The position numbers and the translations under genes were made by a program. A stretch of 63,424 nucleotides of DNA, counting the filler, from Squatina squatina (taxonomy: Eukaryota): assembly GCA_031763465.1 (NCBI GenBank). It is 4 parts of 3 records of this genome, joined end to end, with 100 filler letters (N's around TTAATTAATTAA, not from the genome) between each part and the next. Parts side by side here need not be neighbours in the genome. Positions count along the whole stretch, not along the records: positions 15,361 to 31,844 come from JARFOE010000016.1; positions 31,945 to 47,963 come from JARFOE010000234.1; 2 more parts are not named here. One strand, 5' to 3'. Positions 26,971-38,078 of the stretch are shown piece by piece. The notes beneath the pieces were generated by a model. The model did no database searches. It worked only from the letters and a program-made list of their open reading frames with translations, and was not told the DNA's origin. Position 1 is the stretch's first letter; each line of letters opens with the position of its first letter.

Positions 26971-28899
26971 TATCAATCCTACTTTGAAATGAATAGATGC
27001 AGGCGAAGAGGTTAATGCATGCCTCCAAATAATGACGTGGTTAGCAGAAACCGTTTGTGGATTATAATACAGCTAATCCCAATTGGGGAGCTGACTCCAC
27101 TTCACTTGCATGTGAAATCTTTTTTTTTTTAGTTCCAATAAACACTATTCCTGTTTTAAAGAGAATGATATTAAAATATGGAAGGCCTTTTGCAATCTTA
27201 TTTTCACAGTCCTGATTAATTTCAAAAAACACCAACCAAATGTGCTGTTAGTGTGTGAATGATTACTTTCCTGAAAACCCCGTGGCCTCTGTTCTGAAAC
27301 TGCATAAGAAAACTGGAAACAATTATCTAAACACTAGTACCAATTTTCTTTCGCACATTGATATCAATCCAAGATTTTCATAAATGGCTGAGAATTCCTC
27401 GGAGTTCAGAACAAATATTCCATGCCTACCACTGGGATCACCAACAATCTCCTATCAGGAAGTAAAGACATGAAGGAAAGACTAAAATGTAACACGGAAA
27501 CTGCAAATGAACGAGATCATTGCAAACCCACCACATATCAGGAATAACCAAAGCATAGCAAGGCTAACTGCTGCAAACTTAAAAATTCAAAGTGTCCATG
27601 GAAATTTCAGGTTATCAGCTTTGAGTTTAACATGGTGTCAAATAGATCTAATCAATGTGCGTCACGTACGTAACAATAGCAACACTGCCATTAGTTCCAT
27701 TAATAACTAAATTTAAAACAATTTAATTTTCTTTTATGTAGTATCGAANNNNNNNNNNNNNNNNNNNNNNNNNNNNNNNNNNNNNNNNNNNNNNNNNNNN
27801 NNNNNNNNNNNNNNNNNNNNNNNNNNNNNNNNNNNNNNNNNNNNNNNNGGCTCTGTGGCTCTCCAGTACCAATTTGTGAAAAATAAAGTGTGGCTAAAAC
27901 TGGCAACAAACCTTGAGGCACACTACTGAATGTAGGCTTAGTGCACTGTTGGACAGTCTGGCGCAGCCGAGGGAAGACTCTGATGGTTTGTAAATCAGCA
28001 ATGTACTCAGGGACATGCCTGTGTAGCTTGGTGCCTATGAGCGGAGCAGGCTCAAAATGGCTTGGCAGACTGTAATTGTGCTCTGAATGGTTGGCAGTCT
28101 GCAGCACACTGAAGTGGAAAATGCTGCACGGGTTGTCAGTTCATGTTCGCTTCACATGTATTTACTTTCAAAATTCTCTGAGACGTAAGCAGGAAACACT
28201 GTGCTTTATAACATCGGTGAATCGCTGAACCAACAAACATGAGCGTTACACAAATCATAACTGGTTCTTTGAATATTCTGTCCAGTGCTTATCTGAGTCA
28301 GCAAAAGGAAGCTGAAACACATGTCAATATCTATCGGAATATCCATTGTTCAAAGTGAATTGTTTCGTGGCACCAGTCAATAAGTTTGTGTGAAAACTGA
28401 TAGACTACTTAATATTTTGAACAATAATTATTTTGAATAGTCTGCAAAGCAATGCAACACCAAAATCTTACATGCAATATCATCTGGAAGTAATTTAAGG
28501 TTTGGGCCACATTACTGTTTCAGACAATATCAACAAAATACCAGACAACCATTTGACATAACTAACATCAAGCAACTTTGAAAATAATTACACTTAACTT
28601 CAAAAACCCTATTTTTCCCTCATTGTTTAAACAAAGAACTAAATACTATCAACATCTGCGTAGCTTGTTTATGAAGTACAATATGTAATAAGTATACTGA
28701 GCTGACCATATCAAATGCTTGGAGAAAAACACACTTTTACTTGAAAATGTTAAATGTTTATATTAAGGAATATGTTTTCTGCATTTGGAAAGGAAATTGT
28801 TAATTTCCCACTCTTTTGTAAAATGAAATGACCACAAATTAAAATGGTATCTCATCTTTGTTTTCAGTTCATGTTTCCTCTGGAAGGGAAAATACAAAG

Positions 28900-29724
28900 A
28901 AACTAGGAGAGAAGTCAGATAAACAATTAGGAGGGCAAAGAGGAACTGGGAAATTAAATTATCAAGAACCATAAAACAAAATAGTAAAATATTTCACAGG
29001 TGCATCAATAAAAAAGGAAGTTTGGGATGGGAATAGGGCCATTAAGGGAAATGGATAGTAACAGGATAATACCACAGGTAACGATAGAGAGATGGCAGAA
29101 ATATTAAATAATTATTTTGCTTTGGTATTTACCAGGGAGGTACAAGAGGTGGACATGACATTCGCTGATGAGATAAGTACATTTAAAATAAAAAAGGGGA
29201 TATATTAAATAAACTAATCAAATTCTGAGGATAAAACCGCTGGCCTGATGGATTGCATTCACACATTCTAAAAGAATCTAGGGAAGAGATAGCCGAGGCA
29301 TTACTACACATATTTAATAATTTGTAACAAAAGGTGTAGTGCCAGAGGACTAGCGAATAGCTAATGTAATACCTATATTTAAGAAGGGGGATAGAACATG
29401 TCCAGGGAATTCTAGACCAGACAGCTTAACATTGGTGGCAGGAAAAATAATGGAATCCCTACTAAAGGAGAAAATAGAAGAACATCTAGAAACCAAAAAT
29501 ATTATAATGAATAGTCAGCATGGATTTCAAAAGGGAAAGTCTTGTTTGACCAACCTCACTGAATTGTTTGGAGAGGTAACAGAGAGTAGACAATGGTAAT
29601 GCAGTTGAGGTAACTTATCCAAATTTTCAGAAGGCCTTCAATAAGGTACCCCATAATAGACTGATGAATAAGGTCAGAGAATGTGGAGTCGGGGGACAAG
29701 TAGCAGAATGGATAGCCAGCTGGC
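28900..29724 (+). mobile_element. Degraded CR1 LINE ORF2 (pre-RT and RT N-terminus)
   Basis: Recognisable motifs GPDG, IFKKGD...GN.RP.SLT, QHGFQKGKSCLTNL, FQKAF.KVPH, with stops and frameshifts. Confidence 0.9.
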
Positions 29725-30039
29725 TTCATCCCTAATTGCCCTTGAGAAGGGGATGGTGAGCCGCCTTCTTGAATCGCTGCAGTCCGCGTGAAGGTACTCC
29801 CACAGTGCATACATGTGTATAGGATCAGGCTCAGCAGTGATTGCTTACCCCCATTCACGTCCACTACCACCATGGCTGAATATTCTGCTAGCGCTAATCA
29901 TCCAAGTTATGTCAGGTGGTTTTTATTTTCATATAGCAGCGTTGACCTCTGGAAGAACTTGTTGCCTCATACAGTGAGTGCAGATGCATTGCAAACATTC
30001 AAAAAGAACTGAAACCAGTTCCTGGTAGACAGACACAGG

Positions 30040-30500
30040 ATCATAGGAATATGTAGAGGCTACTCAGCCCCTGAAGCCTGTTCCGCTAATTTGATCATGG
30101 CTGCTCTGTACCTCAACTCCGTATCCCTTGATACAGTTACCCAACAAAAATCTATCTATTCAATTGATCCAGCATCCAGAGCCTTTTGGGGGAAAAGAGT
30201 GTTTCAAATTTCCACTACCCTTGGTGTGAAAAGGTGCTTCCTGACTTCACTCCTAAGTAGCCAAGCTCGAATTTTAAGATTATGCTCTCTTGTTTTGGAT
30301 TCCCCCACCACACAAAATAAGTTCCTCTGCATTTACCCTATTTAAAGCCTTTATCAATTTTGTTTTATAATCTTAAACGGTTTGTCATTTTCAATTAGAT
30401 CACCCTTTAACCATCTAAATTCAAGGGAATACAAGCCAAGTTGGTGCAACCAGTCCTCAAAGTTTAACCCTGGTATAATTCTGATGAATCTGCCCTGTGA
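30040..30500 (-). mobile_element. CR1 LINE 3' fragment
   Basis: Reverse 3' UTR (GGCTACTCAGCCCC..GCCTGTTCCG..GATCATGGCTG) and ORF2 C-terminal remnants. Confidence 0.7.
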
Positions 30501-30689
30501 TGGGTGACTAGGACTTGGTGCAAGTTAGGATACAAGCAGCAGAGTTTTGGATGAGCTGAAGTTCATGGAGGGTGGAAGATGGGAGGCNNNNNNNNNNNNN
30601 NNNNNNNNNNNNNNNNNNNNNNNNNNNNNNNNNNNNNNNNNNNNNNNNNNNNNNNNNNNNNNNNNNNNNNNNNNNNNNNNNNNNNNNTT

Positions 30690-30910
30690 GATGTAAAAGA
30701 TCCTACTTTGCATTTGAGATGAAACAAGGAGCTCTGGCTGACAATTATCCCTCAGCCAACATCACCAACGCAGATTAACTGATCACTCATCCATCTACTG
30801 CTTGTGGGACTTTGCCTCCACAGCAGCAATGACCACACTTCAAAATATAGTTAATTGGCTATGAAGCACTTTTGGGGTGTCCTAAGAATGAGAAAGGTGC
30901 TTGATTTCTT
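30690..30910 (+). mobile_element. Degenerate Deu-type SINE
   Basis: Similar to 11142-11360 (ACAATTATCCCTCAGCCAAC, TGCTTGTGGGAC, TAATTGGCTATGAAGCACTT). Confidence 0.6.
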
Positions 30911-31213
30911 TCTTTAGTTCATAAACTCAAGATTATTTTTTGTGAAGGGAATAAGAAGAATTGTGAACACTGGAAATCTGAAGAAAGAGCAGAAGGTTAG
31001 GTTAATGTTACAGGAGCACCGTTTGCCAGAATTACTTTTGTGAATACAATCACTGATACATTACTTGGGTAAACAGCTTCAAATGAGGCAATTACAGGTT
31101 TTCACTGTCTCGCAACTGATAGAGAATTTGAAAAGCACAGGTTGACAAGAAAATCCATTTATAAAACACTTGAGTATTGAAGTAAATTACCATTCTATTA
31201 CTGAAATACTCAC

Positions 31214-31400
31214 GCGGTTTCTTAGTTGTGATATTAACTGGGAGACTGGCAGGCCCTGTTCCAGCACTGCTGTATGCTTTAACCACCAGGTAATACAGGG
31301 TGCTGCCCTTCAATCCTGTGACCCTTGCTGAAGTGATGTTTCCATTTGATCTCAGTTTGTCCGCTGTCTCTTCATTCTCATCATCTGCCCAGTACCATAT
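31214..31400 (-). CDS. Contactin FNIII-domain exon (IWYWADDENEETADKLRSNGNITSARVTGLKGSTLYYLVVKAYSSAGTGPASLPVNITTKKP), CNTN3/CNTN4-like
   Basis: 187-bp phase 0/1 exon, TTCTTCAG acceptor, GTGAGT donor; L.G...Y...V.AY..AG.GP FNIII signature of contactins. Confidence 0.92.
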
Positions 31401-31844
31401 CTGAAGAACAAAATACAAAAGAATCAGGGAACAAGTAGGAATTAATTTGAAGCAGAGTAACACCTTGTCACAAAACACCGCGTTCAATAGAAAACTGTAA
31501 AGACTGCCAAAAAACTGATGGCAGCGCTGTACAGCAACATTGAAGGCATTATTGTTACCACACACCACAGCAAGACATTCAAGAGAGATAGTGACGGATA
31601 ACCTCCTGCCACTGTTTACAACGAACCTGATAAAATCATAATTGCAAAACAAATTGAAAAAGTGACCTATAACCTGTGCAATACTGTGATCTGTAAGCTC
31701 TAGCTTATGCAACAGCAAAAGCTGTGGTGGGACACTGAGTTTTGGATGCTCCTGCTCATGTGTTTATCAGTATTTAATTCATCTCCAATAGCAAAAAAAT
31801 GGCCAAGTTGGTCAGTTGGTAGTTATAACTGATCAGTATTCAGT

Positions 31845-31944
31845 NNNNNNNNNNNNNNNNNNNNNNNNNNNNNNNNNNNNNNNNNNNNTTAATTAATTAA
31901 NNNNNNNNNNNNNNNNNNNNNNNNNNNNNNNNNNNNNNNNNNNN
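31845..31944. other. Artificial scaffold linker (N44-TTAATTAATTAA-N44)
   Basis: Six-frame stop at 31889-31900. Confidence 0.97.
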
Positions 31945-32168
31945 CACAGTGCTGTAAATATTGGTTTATTCTTACCTCAGCTACTAGACAGAATACATCC
32001 GCTGCTGCAGAAGTGACAGAATCAGCACTGTAAGAAGCAGCAGGAGAATCTGCAACCCCAGAGCTGGCAGCAGCCTGAGAGATGCGAGAACAGGGAGCGG
32101 GAGAGGTGCACGTAGTACACAAAGCTTTTACTGTGAAGTTATTAGTTAATACAGACATCTTGTGCTCT

Positions 32169-32192
32169 TGCTGCTGCTGCTGCTGCTGCTGC
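32169..32192. repeat. (TGC)8 microsatellite
   Basis: Direct reading. Confidence 0.9.
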
Positions 32193-32681
32193 CATCTCTA
32201 TGGTTACAGATCCTACCGCCTCCTCTCCCAGTGCCACTGTCTCTCTGTGACTCCTGCGGAAACTAGTCAGGTTTAACAGAGAGCACCAATACATATCCAC
32301 AATTTCTCCGCAAGAAATAAAGGTTAACTTTGCCACAATTTTACACTAAACAAGTAAAGAAATATTGGGTAAACTTGAACCTTAAGTTATGACAAGCCCA
32401 TCTATTTTCAGTGTAACTATGTGCCATAGGGCTCTATGCTATAGGTTTTGAGTTGTCTGCTTTTTTGGAATTGTGTTGGCTTTTTGTAACCTGTAGATCA
32501 ACATTTGCTAATTTTTTAGATTGGCATGTATGTTAGTGTTTTGCACCAACCCTAAAATTGCAAGGTAAATACACTGCAAATNNNNNNNNNNNNNNNNNNN
32601 NNNNNNNNNNNNNNNNNNNNNNNNNNNNNNNNNNNNNNNNNNNNNNNNNNNNNNNNNNNNNNNNNNNNNNNNNNNNNNNNN

Positions 32682-33000
32682 CTGGTGTGTGAAGAGTTAG
32701 CTGATCTCAGTGGGGGGTGGGGGGGGCGGTGTAGAAGCAGCGATTTGGAGGGCAATCAACCAGAGTTCCCGCTCCTGATCGATGTACAGTGATCACTTTG
32801 AGGAAGTGCATGGATGTTGAGCAAGGACAGGATGAGCCCCTGCCCCCCCCATAGTCAAATAGCCTGCTGGTACACTGTGCCTTGGCTCCCACGTGATGAT
32901 TAGCCACTTGGGTGCTGGATTACATGGTGCCGGGGCCTGTGTAGCTGCTGCCCCGCTGAGGGCTCTGAATTCTCAGGAGAGGAGGGAAATAGAGCAAATT
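32682..33000 (+). mobile_element. tRNA-derived SINE, 5'-truncated by a gap
   Basis: GAGTTAGCTGATCTCAG...GTTCCCGCTCCTGATC blocks shared, in reverse, with 36290-36561. Confidence 0.55.
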
Positions 33001-33601
33001 CAGCAACAGCCGTGAGTGGCCGAATTTCTCTGCATTGCAGCAACATGTGGCTTCAGGTCACTTGGCAAAGATGTGTGTGTATGAGGAATGTTTTAGAATT
33101 TTTATTTTTTTTCCAATTTCCACATATTAACTGAGTCTTTGTAAAGACCACATTTCAATTTATATACCTTGAGATTTAGTACTGGAGTGATTCTTGGATT
33201 TGATCCAGTTTTGGGTTAGGTTCGTTGTTCTCTTATATCCTGCAGGCATAGTCTGTTGTGGTGATCAGATTTCAGTTCAATATCTCATGTGCCTCTCATT
33301 TCAAGCAATGCACTGCTTATTAATCAGTATCAACTTAACAGAGCACGTGGAATCCAACTCCTTGGCTTTTTAATTAATCTGTGGATTTTTTACTTTTTCC
33401 CTTTCCCATCTGATCAACATCTATCTTTGTGGACTGTAGATCTGTAATCAATATATCACATCCTTATTGTCCCAAACATTATTTGCTACTTTGATAGTTA
33501 GAACAAAAGTGGTTGAACTCTATTTATATTAATCAATTTTTTTTAAATATGGAGTTGGAAAACTTGTGCAAATTGTTTAGCTGTTAATTTTATGAAACAT
33601 T

Positions 33602-33807
33602 GGCCCAGATTTTCCCTGTCAAAATAACAGATTAATGGTGTTAACCATTATTTATGCGCAAATAGTACAGCAATTTCAAGTTGCTGTCCAAGTTGCACTG
33701 CTCCACCATTAGCTTCACGAAAATGGCAATTTGTTATCTGGCTCACCATTAAAAGGCGCAAAGTTGCTGTATTTGCGCTGCAGATATGAACTAAGCTCGC
33801 CACAGAA
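33602..33807 (-). mobile_element. Harbinger-like MITE end (family A), truncated by a gap
   Basis: ATT|GGCCCAGATTTTCCCTGTCAAAATAACAG is near-identical to the reverse complement of the 21687 end. Confidence 0.75.
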
Positions 33808-33907
33808 NNNNNNNNNNNNNNNNNNNNNNNNNNNNNNNNNNNNNNNNNNNNNNNNNNNNNNNNNNNNNNNNNNNNNNNNNNNNNNNNNNNNNNNNNNNNN
33901 NNNNNNN

Positions 33908-34025
33908 CTAAGGGTCCTGGATCCACGGGACCTTGCGATATTCAGCTCCCCGAGTTGGAGATTCGGAGCGGGGCTCTCTAGTTTCCCGGGCAATTCGGGC
34001 AAAGAGGCTGGAGAGGTCACATGGT
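33908..34025 (+). mobile_element. CpG-rich DNA-transposon-like repeat (family B)
   Basis: Alignable to 47836-47945 (GATCCAC...GAGATTCG...GGTCACATGG). Confidence 0.55.
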
Positions 34026-34369
34026 CACATTATTTTTGCAGCAAGACTGAATAGCACATTTACACTAATACACACAAAAGGTTTAAAACATCAATTCACT
34101 GAAAGCCCACTCTTTTGAAATTCATTTTCCTAGGTCACCACCAGTTATCCAGTGCTTTTGCTAATCTGTTCCAAATGTTTGGATTTATACTTTAGACTTT
34201 GGAAGCACTGGTAATCCAAAGTGCTGTACGTTTGGCAACATAGATAACAAGGAACATCCTCATTACGCGGTTTCAACTCTAGCTTACATTTTATAAAGAT
34301 CTGAAGTAAATAAGCGCTTAATTCCTCTGTTACACTGTGCTGCAACTCCACTCGAACTCTTCATGCATC

Positions 34370-34580
34370 TGACTTTAACCATACCTTCAGCTGCCTAGGC
34401 CTCAGGCTCTGGAATTTTGACCCTAAACCTCTCTGCCTCTTCACCTCTCGCTCCTTCAAAACCCTAACATCTCCTTCATTGGATCAGCATCCATGTTTTT
34501 CCCCTTAGGCCTCCGTGAAGCACTGTGGGACATTTTTCTAGATTGAAGGCACTACATTAAATTATTGTTGTAGTTGTAGC
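34370..34580 (+). mobile_element. L2-type LINE 3' end
   Basis: CCTTCAGCTGCCTAGGCC..CTCTGGAATT..CCTAAACCTCTC and a GTGAAGCAC..GAAGGCACTA..TTGTTG tail. Confidence 0.65.
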
Positions 34581-34731
34581 AATGTTTACAGCCTCTTCCA
34601 AGTAAGATGGAAGAATATCAGTGTTTGTTTACAATGTTTAGATGTGGTCAAAATTAATCGTTGCCAGGGATGAGACGGTAAGGAACTTCCATCTGGAATC
34701 AGAGTGAAGGAACATGAGTTTCCATTTGTAG

Positions 34732-34875
<144 letters not shown>

Positions 34876-35041
34876 TGAAGATGCACGTTTAATTATTTAT
34901 TTGCAAAAACCTTTGAACATCATGGTGAGTACACTATACTCNNNNNNNNNNNNNNNNNNNNNNNNNNNNNNNNNNNNNNNNNNNNNNNNNNNNNNNNNNN
35001 NNNNNNNNNNNNNNNNNNNNNNNNNNNNNNNNNNNNNNNNN

Positions 35042-35240
35042 CTGCTGAAACCCTCATCCATGTCTTTGCTGTCCCCAGATTCGACTATTCCAACGCTCTC
35101 CTGGTTGGCCTCCCATCCTCCATAAACTTCAGCTCATCTGAAATTCTGCTGCCTGTATCCTTTCCCGCTCATCCATCATTACTGTTCTCATTGACCTACA
35201 TTGGCTCCCAGCCCCCTAATGGCTCATATTTAAAATTCTC
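35042..35240 (+). mobile_element. L2 LINE ORF2 C-terminal fragment
   Basis: DYSNALL.GLP and LHWLP...FKIL motifs. Confidence 0.8.
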
Positions 35241-35475
35241 ATCTTTCAAGTCCTTTCACAATCCTAAAAACCTCGATCAAATCACTCCTTAACCTTCTGT
35301 ATTCCAGAGAATATAAACCTAGTTTATGTAATTTCTCCTCATAATCTAACCCTTGGAGCCCGGGCAACATTCTGGTGAATCTGCACTGCATTCCTTTCAA
35401 GGCAAATATATCATTCCTTGGGAGTGGTACCCAAAACTGAATGTAGTAATCCAGATGATGTCTGACCAAGGTAAA
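35241..35475 (-). mobile_element. CR1 LINE ORF2 C-terminal fragment
   Basis: LVRHHLDYYIQFW...YEEKLHKLGLYSLEYRRLRSDLIEVFRI. Confidence 0.88.
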
Positions 35476-36289
35476 TTTTGTGAGGCATGGCTTCTTGCTA
35501 AACGGGAGCAAGTGTTACAGATGTAGCCCTCTTGTGCTCTTGTCCTATTTGAGCCCGCATTTCCAGCTCATAGAAACATTGTTAAATTTACACTGTGATG
35601 TTTTTCCCAGTTTTTAAAGTTACCACACTTTCTTATTTTTCAATATTCCTGTTCGTGTAAATGGAAATATTTCAACTTATGTTTGTTTTTTAAGTGGTTC
35701 TCCATTTCTTTATCAGATTTGTACAAATATGGCACAGATTCTTTAAAACATTTTGCTTCTCCTGAACATGACAACTGTTGTTAATTGATGTATCTTGGCC
35801 ATCCACCAGGGTGGAACAAGTCATCAAAAAAGGAGCCTTAAGGCATTTTATTCACAGAGGTCTTGTGAACTTTTCTGATAGTCATAGTCTGTAAAAGATG
35901 CTGACCAGTTTTTAGCTTTTTCTGCTGCTGTCAGCAAAACAGTTCCTTGCCATTGAAAGATCTCATCTGTAATACATAATTTATTCTTGCCTGTGCCACG
36001 TGCTCCAATGCACAATTCCTGCCTTGTCCTGATGTGGTCCCACATTTCTTGAACTTCAGATGATTTCATGCTTGGCTTTAGTTTCACCGCTTAGTTTTAT
36101 AATTGGTGGATTCATTTTTTATTTGTCACTTGAACAGGGAATTTTGATACCTTACCTGAATATTTGTCTCCCGTTTCCACCCTTTTTTCTTTTGATGCTA
36201 CTGACTCAGAGTGCACTTGCATGGGTAGTAGTTTACCCGCCCCCACCACCCCCAGCCAAAATCTGAGTGCCTGAGCAGTTAGTGCGACC

Positions 36290-36561
36290 ATGTTAACCAT
36301 GTTATTTTAAATTGGTCAGCCTAGATTGACCTGACATTTTTCCAGTAGCATTTATCAATTCATGATCCGAAGCAGGAATCCTACTTTTTTTTTCTTTTTG
36401 TCTTCTCCACTCCACCCGCCCTCCGCTGCCCCCAATCCTGGTTCAAGCATACCATGTTCAATTGTAGTGCCTCCACCACTGGCTGAAATCAGTTGCTCAA
36501 CAGAGATCAGTAACAAATCTGGAACCTTCCTGGTTGTATGGCTCCGAACCACTGAGTCACC
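36290..36561 (-). mobile_element. tRNA-derived SINE
   Basis: Minus-strand A-box-like GGTGACTCAGTGGTT and degenerate B box; body shared with 32682-33000. Confidence 0.55.
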
Positions 36562-36879
36562 AAACGCTGAGATGTATTTTACAAAATGCCCACCATCTTT
36601 CTCAAGATAATCACTTCAAATTTCTTTCTGACTGCTTTTCCTGGAAATTGAATTCAAATTTCACTGCTTTTTAGATAGTCGAAACATGTTTTGCATGAAG
36701 CCAAACTGCTTTTTTCATTATTCTAGATTCCAGCATCCGCAGTATTTCGCTTTTGCTTTTTTCATTTGCCCAGGTTCCTTTATTGTAAAATAGCTTAAAT
36801 GGCAGTATATACAATGCCTGCAAACACTACTGTAAGGTGATTTGATGCTAATAGGCACAGTGCTTTCAGCTTCGAAGAA

Positions 36880-37334
36880 TGTGAGTTAAAGATAATGGTG
36901 TTGGACTGGAAAAAATGTCATTTTGAGCAAGGTGCGAAGGGACCTTGCCCAAATTAAACTGGGCAGAGAAATTAGCAAACAGGTTGATAGTTCAGTAGTG
37001 GGAAATCTTGAAATACATGATTTAAAAAAATCATTCCTATAAGGTGAAATGGAGTTCTGTGAATAGAGAGATTTAAACTAAAAGAGAGGCATATGATTAA
37101 GCTGACCATACTAAAGATAATCATGGGGAATAAAGAAAATGTAGCAGAGAGGTGAGTCGATAGCGAGGTAAGTAGATAGATTAGAAGACCTAAAAGGGAA
37201 TATGAAAAAGGCTAGGAGAAAATATAAAAGGCTGTTATAAGCATATGAAATGTGAAAGAATAGTTAGAAAGGGTAGAGTGCTCAAAAATGAAGCCGGAAG
37301 TCTACGTTTTGAAGGATGAAGGTATGGTGGAAAT
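36880..37334 (+). mobile_element. Highly degraded CR1 ORF2 fragment
   Basis: Purine-rich sequence resembling the region between endonuclease and RT (cf. 28900-29100). Confidence 0.5.
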
Positions 37335-37337
37335 AAT

Positions 37338-38078
37338 GGGCCAGAATTTGCTGTCAAAATAACAGTGATCTGTAAATAATACAGCAGTTTCAGGCGAGAA
37401 GCATTTAGGAACAGGAGTAGGCCTCGAGCCTGTTCCGCCATTTAATTAGATTATGGCTGTTGTGCTGTAAAATGCAAATATCAAAACCTTGTTGTCCGAG
37501 TAGCGCTACCTCACTCTTAGCTTCGCGAAAACAGCATTCCGCTATCTACCTCACCATTGACATGCATTGAATTTAATGAAGTTGCTGTATTTGCATGGTA
37601 CAAATTAAACCCACTGCAGATATTTAGGGCTAGTAATTAGAAGTGTAAGTACCCTTTTAGCTATGTGATATTTGTTAGTTGCTGCCAATCAATCTCTCCT
37701 GCATTGAAAATTAACTATTACAAGTGTGAAATCTTGTTGCTTCAGGTTTTGAATTTTTTGTGGAGACTTTAAAAATGGCACTTTTTTCTTGCTTTTCCTT
37801 TTTTTTTCCTCTCTCAATGCAATCATTCTTTCCCTCTCTCTCTCTTACTGTACCTGACTTGACATTGAATTCACCTCTGAATTCACCATCCTTCTCAGTC
37901 CTTTCTGCATTGATTTTCCCATTCCTTAAGTCTAGCTGGTTAAGGAGATATCCAGTTTCCCTTGCTGCGCATTATCAGCTCACACTTTTTGTGGACAAAA
38001 TTTTGAGCTGAAGGGACCAGGGCAAGTCTAACTAACACAAGACACCATTTGATGCCTTGCTACAGCAAAATCTGGCCC
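37338..38078 (-). mobile_element. Complete Harbinger-like MITE (family A), 741 bp
   Basis: TIRs GGGCCAGAATTTGCTGT / ACAGCAAAATCTGGCCC (16/17 match), AAT target-site duplication at 37335-37337 and 38079-38081, no ORF. Confidence 0.85.

Noticed and set aside
31092-31718. 208-aa ORF as a single-exon gene
   Set aside because: Only 31214-31400 is contactin-like and bounded by splice sites; the rest is open intronic sequence
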